Assembly (NCBI RefSeq): GCF_006345805.1
Contig: NC_043000.1
Location: 32,798,001 to 32,862,000, forward strand
Direction of reading: 5' to 3'
Length of the DNA stretch: 64,000 nucleotides
Origin: Octopus sinensis
Lineage: Eukaryota
Shown here in pieces: positions 12,404 to 26,165 of this stretch (its first letter is position 1; each line of letters starts with the position of its first letter). The notes beneath the pieces are model-generated. The model was not told the origin of the DNA, ran no database searches, and was given only the letters and a program-made list of their open reading frames with translations. Position numbers and translations under genes: made by a program.

Positions 12404-12706
12404 CCGAGCGTGGCCGTCTGCCAGCCTCGTCTGGCACCTGTGTCGGTGGCACATAAAAACACCATCCGAGCGTGGCCGTCTGCCAGCCTCGTCTGGCACC
12501 TGTGTCGGTGGCACATAAAAACACCATCCGAGCGTGGCCGTCTGCCAGCCTCGTCTGGCACCTGTGTCGGTGGCACATAAAAACACCATCCGAGCGTGGC
12601 CGTTCGCCAGCCTCGTCTGGCACCTGTGTCGGTGGCACATAAAAACACCATCCGAGCGTGGCCGTTCGCCAGCCTCGTCTGGCACCTGTGTCGGTGGCAC
12701 ATAAAA
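12404..12706 (+). repeat. 62-bp minisatellite (5 units) within an RTE 3' UTR copy extending to about 12870
   Basis: Units start at 12404, 12466, 12528, 12590 and 12652, are near-identical and have no spacers. Confidence 0.95.
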
Positions 12707-13439
12707 TCACCCACTACACTCTCGGAGTGGTTGGCGTTAGGAAGGGCATCCAGCTGTAGAAACACTGCCAGATCTGACTGGCCTGGTGCAGCCTTCGGGC
12801 TCCCCAGACCCCAGTTGAACCGTCCAACCCATGCTAGCATGGAAAGCGGACGTTAAACGACGATGATGATTATTATTATTGTGATTGTTATTATTATTAT
12901 TGAGTGAGAGAGAAGGGCATGCCATCAAAGTGACATTGGGGTAAAGTATATGAAGCCCAGTATACCCATCGTGACTACCCGTCTAATTAAGGTACACCAA
13001 GCACATGCATCACGACCATATGTGTGTGATATGATGAACTCATATCAAGATTAACAGCACATGACTTTGCAGGTGGAGCCCAGTGAGAATTTTCTTCAGT
13101 TTGAGTAGCCCATCTCACTCAAAAGGTCCCTGAATAAGGGTTGTTTAAGGACGATGAACAAAACACCCATGTTTCCAGAGGTGAATTATTCAAAGCCCAA
13201 AGAATCCCTCTCAACACATGGCTATGATGCTCCCCTACTACTTCTGCTCATGTTCAGAGATGCACATATCATCAGCCACAAAAGGACACGCTCAACCAGT
13301 TACGGTCATGATTAATGTATGTCATGTCATGATTCATATACTGTTCACTTTCCTGACATTTATACATAAGTTTGTGTACTGTACATGCACTTCTAATTAG
13401 TTGTGGTGCACCTGAGTACTATACACAAGAATTTCATTA

Positions 13440-13860
13440 TTATTATTATTATTATTATTATTGTTTTATGTTTGACTTTTGCTTTGCATTTGTACAAGTT
13501 GGCTCTAAGTCACACCCAGAGACCTCAAGAGACAAGTTGGAAGTTCATGTTGCTGTTATGCGTAGGGTGCCATATATTTGGTTTTATACACAGTATTGTT
13601 TTAGAGGATGTTTGAGAAACCATAAAAAAATTATGTGTTTATTTTTAAACTTGAGATTACATAGATAGTATTTTACGTAGGATATGGGCAGTTCCCATGA
13701 GCACTATCTTTTGAATTTCTGCCATTTTGGGGTTTCCTGGTATCTGAGCTAAGTAGCAATCAGCCTCTTTTGCTATAATTCCTAGAGCACCTATGACAAC
13801 AGGTATTGTTTTAGTCTCATTATTATGGTAATATGTCATTTAGTGCTTGAGGTAAGTTCC
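13440..13860 (-). mobile_element. Dong/R4-clade LINE 3' fragment
   Basis: Translates as ETKTIPVVIGALG...AEIQKIVLMGTAHILRKILSM (end of the restriction-like endonuclease domain). It abuts (TAA)n. A close copy lies at 53110-53530. Confidence 0.8.
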
Positions 13861-14384
13861 TGATAAGACAGCGTTAATTGAAACTGCCAAATGAGGTTGT
13901 TTCCATTCTTCCTGAAATCCACCGCCACCACTCCTCCTCACCCTGCTTATCCACCTTTCATTGTTACCTTTCTTTATTTCAATGTCTTCTTTCTGTTTCC
14001 TTTTTAACCTTTTTTTAACGAGTTGTTTTTTACCTGAGTGCTGTTTACATTAATATAGTTTTTCTAATTTTTTTGCTTTTGGTAGTTTCATGCAGGTTTC
14101 TATTGCTTTGAACGATGAACAGTAAAACTGATCACCACACGACTTCCAGAGCAGAAATGTTAAGGCTGCATTCCTCAGTGAAGGGGATTGGCCTGCAGGA
14201 GTCCTCTGTTGGTGCCATGTTAGAAGCATCCAACACACAATCTTGGAGTGGTTGGTGTTACGAAGCTCAATCAGACTGGAATTTGGTGCAGCTCTCTGGC
14301 TTGTCAGATCTGGTTAAACTGTCCGACCCATGCCAGCTTGGAAAACGGACGTTAAAGGATGATGAGGATGATGATATCTTATAT

Positions 14385-15810
14385 ATCACAGTATCAACCA
14401 GACCATCAGAGTTTGTTATACATCACTGATCACAATGCGCTTCCAATTTTGTCTTGATTGCATCAGTCTTTTCTATCTTCACCCAAATTACTTAATCAAA
14501 TTATCTTCTCTCCATTGTCGTGGAGGCCTTCTCTAATCCACTTATCGACTGCATGGGTCCACCTGTTGTCTGTGAAACTTGAGACATTCCAGCCCAGCAG
14601 AAATTGTGCTTTTGGTATTCTACAATCACTTTATTCACTCTGTTCCATTCTTGAATTACAGCTTTGTTAGCATGGTCGGCAGCTGGTCTGTGTTTTCAGC
14701 GAAGAGTTCAATGTCATCTGCAACTCAGACGTGTGTTAGTTGCTTGCCTTTTATGCTAACGTCAACAGTCCAATCAGTGTTCATCATCATCATCGTTTAA
14801 CGTCCGTTTTCCATGCTAGCGTGGGTTGGACGGTTCAACCGGGGTCTGGGAAGCCAGGAGGCTGCATCAGGCTCCAGTCTGATCTGGCAGTGTTTCTACA
14901 ACTGGATGCCTTTCCTAACGCCAACCACTCCGTGAGAGTAGTGGGTGCGTTTTACGTGCCACTGGCACAGGGGCCAGACGAGGCTGGCAAACGGCCATGA
15001 TCGGTTGGTGCTTTTATGTGCCACCGGCACGGAAGCCAGTCAAGGTGGCGCTGGCATTGACCACATATGGAAGGTGCTTTTTATGTGCCAGTGGAGGCTG
15101 GGAATGGCCATGATCGGTTGGTGGTTTTTATGTGCCACCGACACGTAAGCCAGTCATGGCAGTGCTGGCATCGGCTATGTATGAATGGTTGGTGCTTTTT
15201 ACATGCCACCAGACTATTTGTAGACATGTGGTAAAGAGCTTTGGAGAGATGGTATCTCCTTCCTTGACATCTTTCCCATTTTGGGATCCTTACTGGTGGT
15301 TATAGCAGAGGTATATCTCTTGTGCATACAGAGTTTGGATCTTTGATGTGTTGTGCCTTGACACCTTGCCTTTCCAGAGATGTCAACACTGCATTCATCT
15401 TGACACTGTCAAAAGCCTTTCTGTAATCAACAAATGCGATACCCAGAGGAAGATTGTATTTATCTGCTTGTTCTATGAGCCGTTTTCGAGTGAATATGTG
15501 ATCTATCTTAATAGGGTTCTTATGGAAACCTGTTTACTCTCTTGGCCATTTGTCATTAAAATGCTTTGATAGTCTGGTGGCTGTGACCTTTGTAAACAGC
15601 TTATAGAAACAAGACAAGAGACATGGATGGGAGGTGGGTGGGCATAGTTTTTGTTAAAATCTTCTATATAACTCTTGTAATGAAGCAGGGTGGTATTTGA
15701 CTCTTTCCACAGTGGGGCTATTTTATTTTCCTTCAGATGGTGATTAATGCATAGAACGAGGATTTTTGCAGCTCTTCTCCTCCACTTCTTAACATCTTTG
15801 TTGTGATGCC
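14385..15810 (-). mobile_element. Decayed RTE-1/BovB-like reverse transcriptase split by an RTE 3' UTR insertion (about 14775-15210)
   Basis: Minus-strand remnants AFDSVKMNAVLTSLERQGV (about 15400) and LTHV*VADDIELFAEN...DNRWTHAV (about 14550-14740) occur in RT order. Confidence 0.6.
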
Positions 15811-16375
15811 ATATTTCTCAGGAGCTTTGTGTGCTTTCGTCAGTTTGAGGGCATTTTCAATTTCACTGATCATTGTCCAGAAACCAAGCCAAATCAGATT
15901 GGAGCCTGGTGCAGCCTCCTGGCTTGCCAGTCCTCAGTCAAATTGTCCAACCCATGCCAGCATGGAAAGTGGATGCTAAAAGATGAAGATGATGATGATG
16001 ATACTATAATATACTATATATGAATTACTTATAAGCATACAATGGACCCTAGGCACATCAACACACTGGAGATCAGAAATGGCTAGGTACAATAACATAG
16101 ACTTGACAGTGAGATATACAACAATGAGGGCATCGAATGCTGATAGAATATTGAGGATATGGAAGTACCAAATCCAATTTAAACCATAGATCTAACTCTG
16201 GGGTTGGTTGCAGGTGTGCGTGTGTATAGTAAGAAGATTGCTTTCCACTCACGCTGTCGTGGGTTCAGTCTCACTGTGTGGTGTGTTGGGCTAGTTTCTT
16301 CTGCTATAGCCTCAGACCAACCAAAGCCATGTGAGTGAATTTAATAAATAGAAAATGAAAGAAGCCCATCATGTA

Positions 16376-16425
<50 letters not shown>

Positions 16426-17394
16426 TGTGTGTGTGTGTGTGTGTCAGACTGTCGTCATTGTATGTAGTGCTGCACATTACAACGGCTGCTTGCCTGAAGT
16501 AGGGAGAGACAACGATGAAAGAACAGGGAACAAAGACAGTTGCTGCTTTCCTGGAAGATGCCTCACCCACCTCTTCCATTCTTCTCACTGCTGCACTCTC
16601 TTTCTACTGCTGTTATTGATGGGTGTTTGCTCTGTGAGTCCTGGCCAATGACATGTAAAAGGCACCTGTGCCAGTGGAACATACAAGGCACTCGCTACAT
16701 TCTTGGAATGGTTTGCATTAGGAAGGGTATCCAGCTGCAAAAATAAAGCCAAACCAGACTGGATCCTGGTACAGCTCTCCGGCTTACCAATTCCAGTCAA
16801 ACTGTCTAACCCACACCAGCGTGGAAAATGGACATTAAATGATGATGATGTGTGTGTGTTTGTCCCCCATTACCTCTTGTTAACCAGAGTTGGTTTATTT
16901 ATGTCTATGTAACTTAGTGGTTTGACAAAATAGACCAATAAAAAAGGTATTGGGATTGATTTGTTTAACTAGATCCTTCAAAATCGTGCACCAGCATGGC
17001 CACAGTCCAATGACTAGTTGCCACCATCTTTTCTCTCTGACTGGGGCAGCCATGTGTCTCTTCTACAGCGAGCCACCTGTTTCTGCCCTGATAGCATAGT
17101 TTCACCTCTTATCTCCTGGAACAAAAGCCACCTCCCTCAATACCATTCCTCCTCTCATGTGAGAGGCCTTTGACTCTTGCAAGTTACCTGGTGACCTCAC
17201 TGGTGCTGGTGCCACATAAAAAGCACCCTGTCCACACTCTGCAAATGGTTGAATTAGGAAGGGCATCTAGCCATAAAAAAAAACAAAAACCATGCCACAG
17301 CAAACAGCAGAGCTTGGTGCAAAGCTCTGACTTGCCAGCTTCTGTCAAACCATCTGACTTGTGCCAGAATAGAACTTAAATGATGTAGAATTTC

Positions 17395-17860
17395 CTTGGA
17401 TTCTGCTAGTTTTGGTAATAAAAATGTAGCTTCCATCTCGATGAAAATATTGTCTTTGAGAAATCTAGGTACAATATTACAAACAATAACTTTGAGCACC
17501 TTTTCAAACTCCACCTGTCTAACACCCGTGGACATGTTTACAAAGTCAGAAAACAGCACAGCTCCCATGACTTTCGGAAACATTTTTTCACACTATGAGT
17601 TGCTGAAGCATGGAACAGACTGCCTGCATCAGTTGTTAGTTGTCGGAGCACTGCATCCTTCAAAACTTCCATGCTTTCTGAGATTCGCCAACACTACACC
17701 TGATTTCCTCGCCTCCATACGCACACAAGCATGTATCTGGCTCATTCACTGTTCGCTTTCCAGGCATTTGTACATTACTGCATATGCTTTATACGCACTT
17801 TTGACAAGTTGTGGTGCACCTGAGCACTGTATGCAATAAGTTCATTATTATTATTATTAT
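17395..17860 (+). mobile_element. CR1-clade LINE 3' fragment
   Basis: Translates as EHLFKLHLSNTRGHVYKVRKQHSSHDFRKHFFTL*VAEAWNRLPASVV, a typical CR1 RT C-terminus, followed by a (TTA)n tail. Confidence 0.75.
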
Positions 17861-19614
17861 TTTATATGCCAGAAAAAGGGAAAACGATGGATAAGTAAGT
17901 TACTATTGGAATGTCAGTGATCACGTGCATGCTTGTTCAGAGCTGACCTGGGTTAAAAAGCAACAGCTAAATTTCTTTTCATTTCATTAATTCATTTTAA
18001 AGTATTGTAGGAGTTATTCCCCTTCCAATAAAACCCGAACCCTAACAACCCCTATTTCATTCCCTTTTCCTCATGGCACACATGAGGGAGCATCTGATAT
18101 GGCCTTCAGATAGCTAGTGAATCTCAAATCACACACTAGTATCTTACAAAAGGAAGGACACACTGGACACTGATATTACTGATATACTGAAAGGTAGTGA
18201 CAGTCATGTTTGGATAGTCTTCACTGGATGGCTCTGTCCAGTCAGGGCTGACTTGGCACTAAATAACAATACCACAAAATTTAGAACCTTGCTAAATGAT
18301 AAACAATTTATCACAATATTTACCATGATTTACAAGGGATTGAACTCTGGTAGACCAGCTTCACTCTTACCGGTATTGTTATTATGCCAGGCGCCACCTG
18401 TGTTAGCACTTACCTATTATTGAAGACTGGGTCTTGGAATTCCCTTGTGCTGTATTCTGTGTCATTTAATGTCAATTAATTACCTCTTTAGATGTTCCTT
18501 TAACAGCAATTGGGTCTCATAGTGGACAAAGAATCTGGTATTTCTGCTAGAAGAAGATATTGTAAGTGAATGATGCCAACAGATTTCTATGTGAGTTCTA
18601 CAAATTCTTCATCTCGAGATGCTACCAAAACTATATTAATATCACTCAAACCTATCTCAGCCTCTCACCTGCCAGGTAGATTGTTGTTATCTCTCTTCTG
18701 TTGTTGTCTCTCTCTTATCATCATCATCATCATCATCGTTTAATGTTATTCTTTAATGCTACTACAGTGGCCTTGTTTCCTCAGAGCTGGCTGGTTTCAT
18801 GTCCCATCGACCACTTTCATCTCACTCATCTCTCCTCCTCTCATCACCCATCTTGTGTTCACCTCCCCAACATATCCCGCACTAACTCCTGTAACCATTT
18901 CTTCTTCCCCAGACCTTCCTTCTGGAGCCCCTTCTCATGTCTTTCCACCTTCATCATCATACATCCATTTTTCCATGCTGGCATGGGTTGGACAGTTTGA
19001 AAACTGGTCAGCTGGGGAGCTGCACCAGGTTTCAGTCTGGTTTGGCATGGTCTCTACAGCGAGATGCCCTTCGTAACACTAACCACTCCAAGAGTGTAAT
19101 GGGGTGCCTTTTTTACATGCCACTGGCACAGGTGCCAGTTATGTAATACTGGCATCAGCCATGACTACAGTTTTACTTGGCTTCATGAGTCTTCTCAAGC
19201 ACAACATATCGCCAAAGGTCCCAGTCACTTGTTACTGCCTCTATGAGGCCCAACGTTTAAAGGGTGCTTTCTATGTGCCACTGGCACAGGTGCCAGTTTC
19301 ATGACACTGGCATCGGGCATGACTATGATTTCACTTGGCCTGACAAGTCTTCTCATGTACGGCATATCACCAAAGGTCTCGAAAGGTTGCAAATTATTAT
19401 TATTATTATTATTATTTGGTGAGCTGACAGAATCAGTAGAGTGTTAGTATAAAATACTTTGAAGCATTTGCTTCAGCTCTTTTTACACATTCCAAATTCA
19501 AATCTTATCAAAGTCAACTTGACGTTTCCTCTTTCTGCAGTCAGTGCTATCAACTAACGTCTTTCCTCCAAAATTGCTGGCCTTGTGCCAAATCATTATA
19601 ATCCTCTTTATTAT

Positions 19615-20405
19615 TATTATAGATGTCGCACAGTACATAATATCATTAGGTTGTTGATTAAAGATATTGTGTCTAACGGGGATTTGTGCTGTTTGTCAAG
19701 TCACAACAAGCACCTCAGACAGACAGTACTTTACGTAATATGCGTACAGTTCCAAGTAATGCTGACTTTTGCAATACATCTAGATTGTAGGGTATTTCTA
19801 AGGTTTTCAGAAGTTTGTTTCTTTTTTCAGATTGGGTCATATTGAACTCAATGCTCCGATGATAATAGGGATAACCTCTATGCTTGACTCTCATAGCTGC
19901 CACATCTTGGTAATCTCAATTCTCAGGTCTCCATATTTATCAACTTTTTCTCTTTCTTTCATGATGATGTGTTGATCTCCTGGCACTGCTATGTCGATTA
20001 TTAGGCACTCTTGCTTGTCCCTCCTAAAGGTTACTATATCCGGCATTCGATGCTCTAACATTGTCTGTCTGGGAGTCAAAATCCCAAAGGATTTTTGCCT
20101 TCCCCTTTTCATCCATTGTTGTTGTTATTATAATAATAATAATAATAATAATAATTATTATTATTATTATAGACGTTGCACAGTATACAATATCATGAGG
20201 TTGTTGCTTGAAGATATTGTGTCTACCGGAGGTTTGTACTATTTGTCAAGTAATGACTAGGACCTCAGACAGACAGTACTTTATGCAATATGCGTCCTGT
20301 ACCAAGTAATGCCGACTTTTGCAAAACGCCTAGATTGTAGGGTATTTCTAAGGTTTTCAGATGCTCTTTTCAGATTGGGTTGTATTGAACCCAATGCTCC
20401 AACAA
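19615..20405 (-). mobile_element. Two tandem Dong/R4 3' fragments
   Basis: Translates as HRMPDIVTF...LIIDIAVP...KVDKYGDLRIEI and LQKSALLGTVRILRKVL. The pieces are separated by (TAA)n. A similar copy lies at 50660-51105. Confidence 0.8.
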
Positions 20406-20638
20406 TAATTATTATTATTATTACTAAGGTGGAAAACTGGTGGAATCGTTAACATGCCAGGCAAAATGCTTAGCATCATTTCATCCATCTTCATGTTCTG
20501 AGTTCAAATGTCACCAAGGTGGACTTAGCCTTTCATCCTTTCAGGGCAAATAAAATAAGTACCAGTTGAGCACTGGGGTCAATGTAATTTACTACCTCTC
20601 TCCCTCAAATTTCTGGCTTTGTGCTTATAATAGAAAGG

Positions 20639-20673
<35 letters not shown>

Positions 20674-21179
20674 GCATGACAGAATGTAAGCGTCCTGAGA
20701 GAAAAGTTGGGCAAAAGAGGCATCAGATGTGGTGTGCAAGGGAGACGACAGCGCTGGTATGGTCATGTGATACGTACGGATGAGGACAGCTGTGTGAAGA
20801 AGTGTTGCATTCTAATGGTGGAGGGAAACTAGAAGAGGTAGACTCAGGAAGACATGGGATGAAGTGGTGAAGCACGAACTTTCAACTTTGAGCCTCACGG
20901 AGCCAATGACAGGTGAATGAGACCTTTAGTGATGTGCCATGCTTGAGAGGAATTGTCAAGTCAAGTGAAATTGTAGTCATGGCTGATGCCAGTGCTGTCT
21001 GACCGGCACCCATGCCAGTGGCACACGAAAAGCACCATTTGAGCATTGGGCCTCATAGTGGCAGTGACAGGTAACCGAGACCTTTGGTGATTTACCATGT
21101 TTGTGTGGACCTCTGTCAAACCAAGTGAGACCGCCACCACTACTACATCCCACCATATATGACTACTACTACTACTCAA

Positions 21180-21720
21180 CTTATTGTAGCCTTCAGTGAT
21201 TCTCTGACACTGGAACTGCTAGTTGGATTCCATCCTCAATGACTCCTCAGCTCAGGGGACCTAAATCAGGAGAGACAGGAGGCCATGTAAATTTGGGATC
21301 ATGTGATCACATGGTGCACCTCTATCTTACTGCTCTTCCTTCATCATGTAGGACTTGTATCTAGCAACCACATGTAATACCATTGAATAATTGACTCTGC
21401 CACCTTGAGTTACACAACATTGGCCCTAACTACACACATCTGATCATGGACTGTGCCACCTTGAGGTCCTCAATGATGTCCCTCACTGACCTGCTTGAAT
21501 TCTCTTTTATCATGTTTTAGATCTTCTGGACAGACTTAGCCATCCTGATGAGGTCTGACCACTGAGAATGTCTCTTTGTGTTGGCTGCAGATAACACCTC
21601 ATCATCAGAGGCCTCCTGAGGACCTGGCTGTGTTCAAGAAACTGGTGATCAATCATTCTATGAGGTTGACAGCGAAAACCACAGACAGGAATCTCTCATG
21701 CTGGTAGGGTTGATACGAGT
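21180..21720 (-). mobile_element. Decayed Tc1/mariner-superfamily transposase fragment
   Basis: Broken-frame remnants including ARYKSYMMKEEQ. Related to the + strand 3' fragment at 30235-30600. Confidence 0.4.
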
Positions 21721-23029
21721 GGAAAAGAACTGAGAAAAATTTGAAATGATGGCACATGACCCACAACTTTACTTTAGCTTCCATTTATTAAATCACAAAT
21801 AATAGCTGCTTTTTTATTGACCCTGAAAGGAAAGACAAAGTTGACCTCAGCAGGATTTGAACTCAGAATGTAGAGGGCTGGAAGAAACATCACTTTGACA
21901 TTTCTTGTGGTATGTTCTAATGATTCTGCCATTTGCTACTCAAATAGTTATTCTTTCTGTTCTTGGCACAAGGCCAGCAATTTTGAGTAGAGGGGTTTTG
22001 TCAATTACATTGACCCCAGTAGTCAGCTGGTACTTTATGTTATCAACCCTGAAGGGATGAAATGCACAGTTGACCTTGGTGGGATTTGAACCTAGAGAGC
22101 CAGAAGAAATGTCTTTTAGCATTTTGACTCACACAAACTATTTCATTAACTTTACAGCCTTACTAATACTTTCTACTAAAGGTAGAAAGACTTGAAATTT
22201 TGCAAGGGAGGGACTGGTTGATCACATCGACCCCAGTGTACAACTGGTACTTATTTCCTCAACCATGAAAGGCAAAATTGACTTTGGCAGAATTTGAGCT
22301 CTGAATGTAAAAATGGATGAAATGCCGCCAACCATTCTGCCAGCGTCTTGTTTTAATTATAATAATAATAATAATAATAATCCTTTCTTCTCTAGGCACA
22401 AGGTAATAAAATTTGGGAGTAGGTGATAAGTCGATTCCATTGATCCCAGTGTTCAACTGATGCTTAATTTATTGACCCCGAAAGGATGAAAGGCAAAGTT
22501 GACCTCAGCAAAATTTGAACTCAGAACATAGCGATGGGTGAAATACCACTAAACTTTTCATCCAGTGTGCTAACAATTCTGCCAGTTTGTTGCCTTAATA
22601 ATAATAATAATAATGATGATGATGATGATGTTTTCAAAGTTGACTAAGGGTGAATTTGAATTCAGAACACAGAGCTGGAAGAAACATTAATCATTTTTTT
22701 CTGATACTCTAACATTTCTGCCAGCTTGCTGCAACCACCACCACCACAGCAACAACAACAATCTTATCTAGTAAAGGCACAAGGCTTGAAATTTTGGGGG
22801 AGGTGGGTTCTAGTCAATTACATCAACCCCAGTACTTGACTGGTACAAAGTTGATGTGCACAGCGTTTGAACTCAGAATGTAAGGACAGACAAAATACTG
22901 CTAAGTATTTCATCTGGCATTACCCTTTAGTTTCTAACAGCTTGATGCCTTGACAACTACAGCAATAATATTAATAATGTGTATTATTTACATTTGACGG
23001 ATATTTGTCCTCATTTTGTTTGTTGTTAA

Positions 23030-23455
23030 CGCAGCATTTCAGCTGATATACCCTCCATCCTTCATCAGGTGTCTTGGGGGAAATTTCGAACCTGGGTTCT
23101 TATTCCTAAGGTATTTTTCGATGTTGTTGTTGTTATTATTAATATTATCATTCAGTAGTTCTATTTTTATAGCGTGCATTCACTTCACTACCAAGCGCAG
23201 CTCTGTGTGCCTTGGGTATGTGCTGTGATTTGTTGTGATGCTCTGATGGTTACTGTATTGAAAGTGTTCTGCGTAGGATGTGTGCAGTGCCCAGTAGTGC
23301 AATTTTCTGTATGTTATATGTGTTTGTAAGTCCTGGTGTTTTTGTTATGTGTTTGTCTGAATATTTTTTTATCATACCTAATGCGCCTACTATGATAGGA
23401 ATTGTTTCTGGTTTTAGATTCCACATTCGAGTTACCTCTATTTCCAGGTCTTTTT
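23030..23455 (-). mobile_element. Dong/R4 3' fragment
   Basis: Minus strand gives DLEIEVTRMWNLKPETIPIIVGALG...QKIALLGTAHILRR. It abuts (TAA)n. Confidence 0.75.
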
Positions 23456-23614
23456 ATTATTATTATTATTATTCAGGTCACTGCCTGGAATTGAACTTGG
23501 AATCTTGGGGTTAGTAGCCCATGCTCTTAAACACAATAATGTGGTTTTGTGGCTTAGAATATTCTGCAATGACCTAAAATGATGACAAAAATAGTTTTAA
23601 GAAAACTAATTTTT

Positions 23615-23620
23615 TTTATT
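23615..23620 (-). promoter_or_regulatory. Candidate polyadenylation signal of the serine protease gene
   Basis: AATAAA on - about 54 nt downstream of the TGA stop. Confidence 0.45.
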
Positions 23621-23673
23621 TCTTTAAAAAAAAGTAACAAAACTGGGACAAAGAGTAAAAGACTGGAAGATCT

Positions 23674-23829
23674 TCAGTTAATGGTTTTTTGTATCCAGTT
23701 TAAATAATATCGTACATCTGTGTAGACACCAGGGGAATGAGGTCTGGAACATCCCATTCCATAAGAGACAATACCAGTCAGTACCCAACGATTGTTTGAT
23801 GGGCATATCAAGGGTCCTCCAGAATCTCC
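23674..23829 (-). CDS. S1A serine protease, coding exon 7 (last; catalytic Ser195)
   Basis: Acceptor TTTTTTTCAG, phase 0. Encodes [51 protein letters not shown] (156 nt). Confidence 0.95.
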   Translation of the reverse strand, partial: GDSGGPLICPSNNRWVLTGIVSYGMGCSRPHSPGVYTDVRYYLNWIQKTIN

Positions 23830-24019
23830 CTGAAAAAAATATCCATTAAAAGGTTAAAGTCAACAGAAGCCATACAACATAAGGTTGTATCAGAAATAAA
23901 TCTCAGAATGATAACATTTTAACTCAGAATATAAAACGGTGCAACTAAATGCTGCAAGCTGTTTTGCCCACATCTCCTCTTTTCTGCCATTTCACTGTCC
24001 AGGGAAGCACTCGTAGTCA

Positions 24020-25115
24020 TATTAGGTTGTTGTGAAATTAATGGCTGATTTCAAAAAACATAATTTTATTCTGGAAAAATTAACAATAGAAATGTTTTGA
24101 TTAGTCAAAGTATGAGCTGTGAACATCTAATGCATCTCTGCCATCGATCAAGGAGACTATTTATGCCTCTTTGATAAAAACTTATTGGCTTTGATGCTAA
24201 GAAATCTTTGAAAGCTGATCCCATCTCTGGTTTGGACCTGAAAGTTTTATCACTTAAAAACGTGTTTAAATGCTTAAAAAAAGGTGAGGAGGATATGGAG
24301 GATGTGATGAAGTCTCATATCCCAAGTCTGTGAGTTTCTGTAGTGTCATTCTTGCAACATGTGGCTTTGCATTATCATGGAGCAGAATTGAGCCACGCTG
24401 ATTCACCAATGCATGTCTCATTGTTTTTGCAAGTGGTCCTGCATTCAGTGATCCTCTACTGTAATGCACTGAATGGCTTCCAGAAAGCTGTAATGGACAA
24501 AACCAATGGCAGATCACCAGACAGTCCCCATAATCTTTTGCTGATGCAACTTTGGTTTTGGGAAATGTTTGGGGGACTCATCTCGATCAAGCCATTGATC
24601 TGATTGTATACAGTTATCATAAAGGATAACCTTTAGATTTCCATTGAGCTCATGCGGCACCCATTCATCAAGCTTTTTCACTTGATCAATCTCCTGTAGA
24701 TTGCGTGAGACTGTTGCAATACTGGCACCAAGTGCCTGAGACATTTCTCTGGCACTTTGACGTGGATTTTGTTCAACAGTTGCTTTCAATTGTTCATTGT
24801 CAAGACTGCATGACCATTCTCTACCTTCTTCATCTTCAAAGCTCTCATCACCACTACAGAATTTCTGAAACCACCTTTGTACTGTGCGATCATTTGTGGA
24901 CCCCTCTCCCCATGCTCTGTTGATATTGGCAGCAGTTTGGGAGGCATTGTGCCCCTAAGCTTGAACTCATGTAAGAAAAATAAGTGAAGGTCCTTTTTTG
25001 TCATGTTTATAATTAAGGGCGCCTCTGCTTCAAGAATGTTTTCTGTGTGAAATAAGCAGAAAATTATTAAAGAGCATATATCAATTATTAAGTATGTCAA
25101 AATTTACCTAAAATA
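24020..25115 (-). mobile_element. Mariner (DD34D-type) transposon, frameshifted pseudogene
   Basis: Broken ORFs encode LHEFKLRG...RSGRP-like HTH, KKLDEWVPHEL and LLHDNAKPHVARMTLQKLTDLGYETSSHPPY. TATTAGGTTG mariner-type terminus at 24020. Confidence 0.85.
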
Positions 25116-25934
25116 TAATTAAAATAGTGAGAATTTACAAAAAAACAAAAGATGAAGACAGGTGTGTAAACAACAAACAGATGTATTAGTTTAACGGTCG
25201 GGAAGTGAGAAAGTCTTTTACGTTTCGAGCCTACGCTCTTCGACAGAAAGGAACACAGAAAGAAACAGGGAGAGAAAATGGAAAAAAAGGTTTAGTGGCT
25301 AGTAATCTATCATGGTGAATTAAAATAATTAAAATACTATAATGAAATTGCATTGCAAAACACAACACTTAGAGCGGCCATTATTTTTGGAACAATCTAA
25401 CAGTAGTAATAGTAGTAGTAGCAGCAGTGGTAATGCTGTTTATCTTAACACGATATCACCATGTCGTGCACACATGGTTGCAATGCGTGTGTCTGGTGCA
25501 CCCTTATCAGACGAGTAGTCATGATGGGTGTATTGGGCTTTGTATATTTGTACCCCAGTGTCACTTTGATGGCATGTGCTGCTCTCTCACTCAGTAGTAA
25601 TTACGATTTCAAATTCTGGTGCCAGGCCAGCAGTTTTGGGGGGAGGGGATAGGTTGATTAGATTGACCCCCATGCTTGACCAGTATGTATTTTATTGACC
25701 CCAAAAGGATGAAAGGCAAAGTTGACCTCGGTAGAATTTAAATCTACAGGGACGAAATGCTACAATGCATTTTGGCCAGCATACCATCTTAATATTAATA
25801 ATGGTTTCAAATTCTGGTGAAATTTCTGGGGAGGGGGATGAATCGATTCCTTTGGCCCCAGTGTTCAACTGGTATTTATTTTGCCAAGTGCACCTGTGCT
25901 GGTGGCATGTAAAAAGCAAATCAACCTTTGAACG

Positions 25935-26165
25935 TTGGGCCTCATGGAGGTAAAATGGCTGAGTACCTTTTGCGCATTGGGCCTGACAGAAACAAAGTGA
26001 CCGAGTTCCTTTTGAGCATTGGACCTCATCGAGGAAAAGTGGCTGTGTTCCTTTTGAGTGTTGGGCCTCACAGAGGCGAGGTGGCTGAGTTCCTCTTGAA
26101 CATTGTGCCTCATGGAGGCAAAGTGGCCTAGCTCCTTTCAAGTGTTGGGCCTCACGGAGGCAATG
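25935..26165 (+). repeat. 42-bp minisatellite (5 units plus a partial sixth) derived from the RTE ORF 3' end
   Basis: TTGGGCCTCA-like unit starts at 25935, 25977, 26019, 26061, 26103 and 26145. Confidence 0.85.

Noticed and set aside
12404-12706. CRISPR-like array
   Set aside because: The units are contiguous near-identical tandem repeats with no unique spacers, there are no cas genes, and the context is a eukaryotic LINE 3' UTR.
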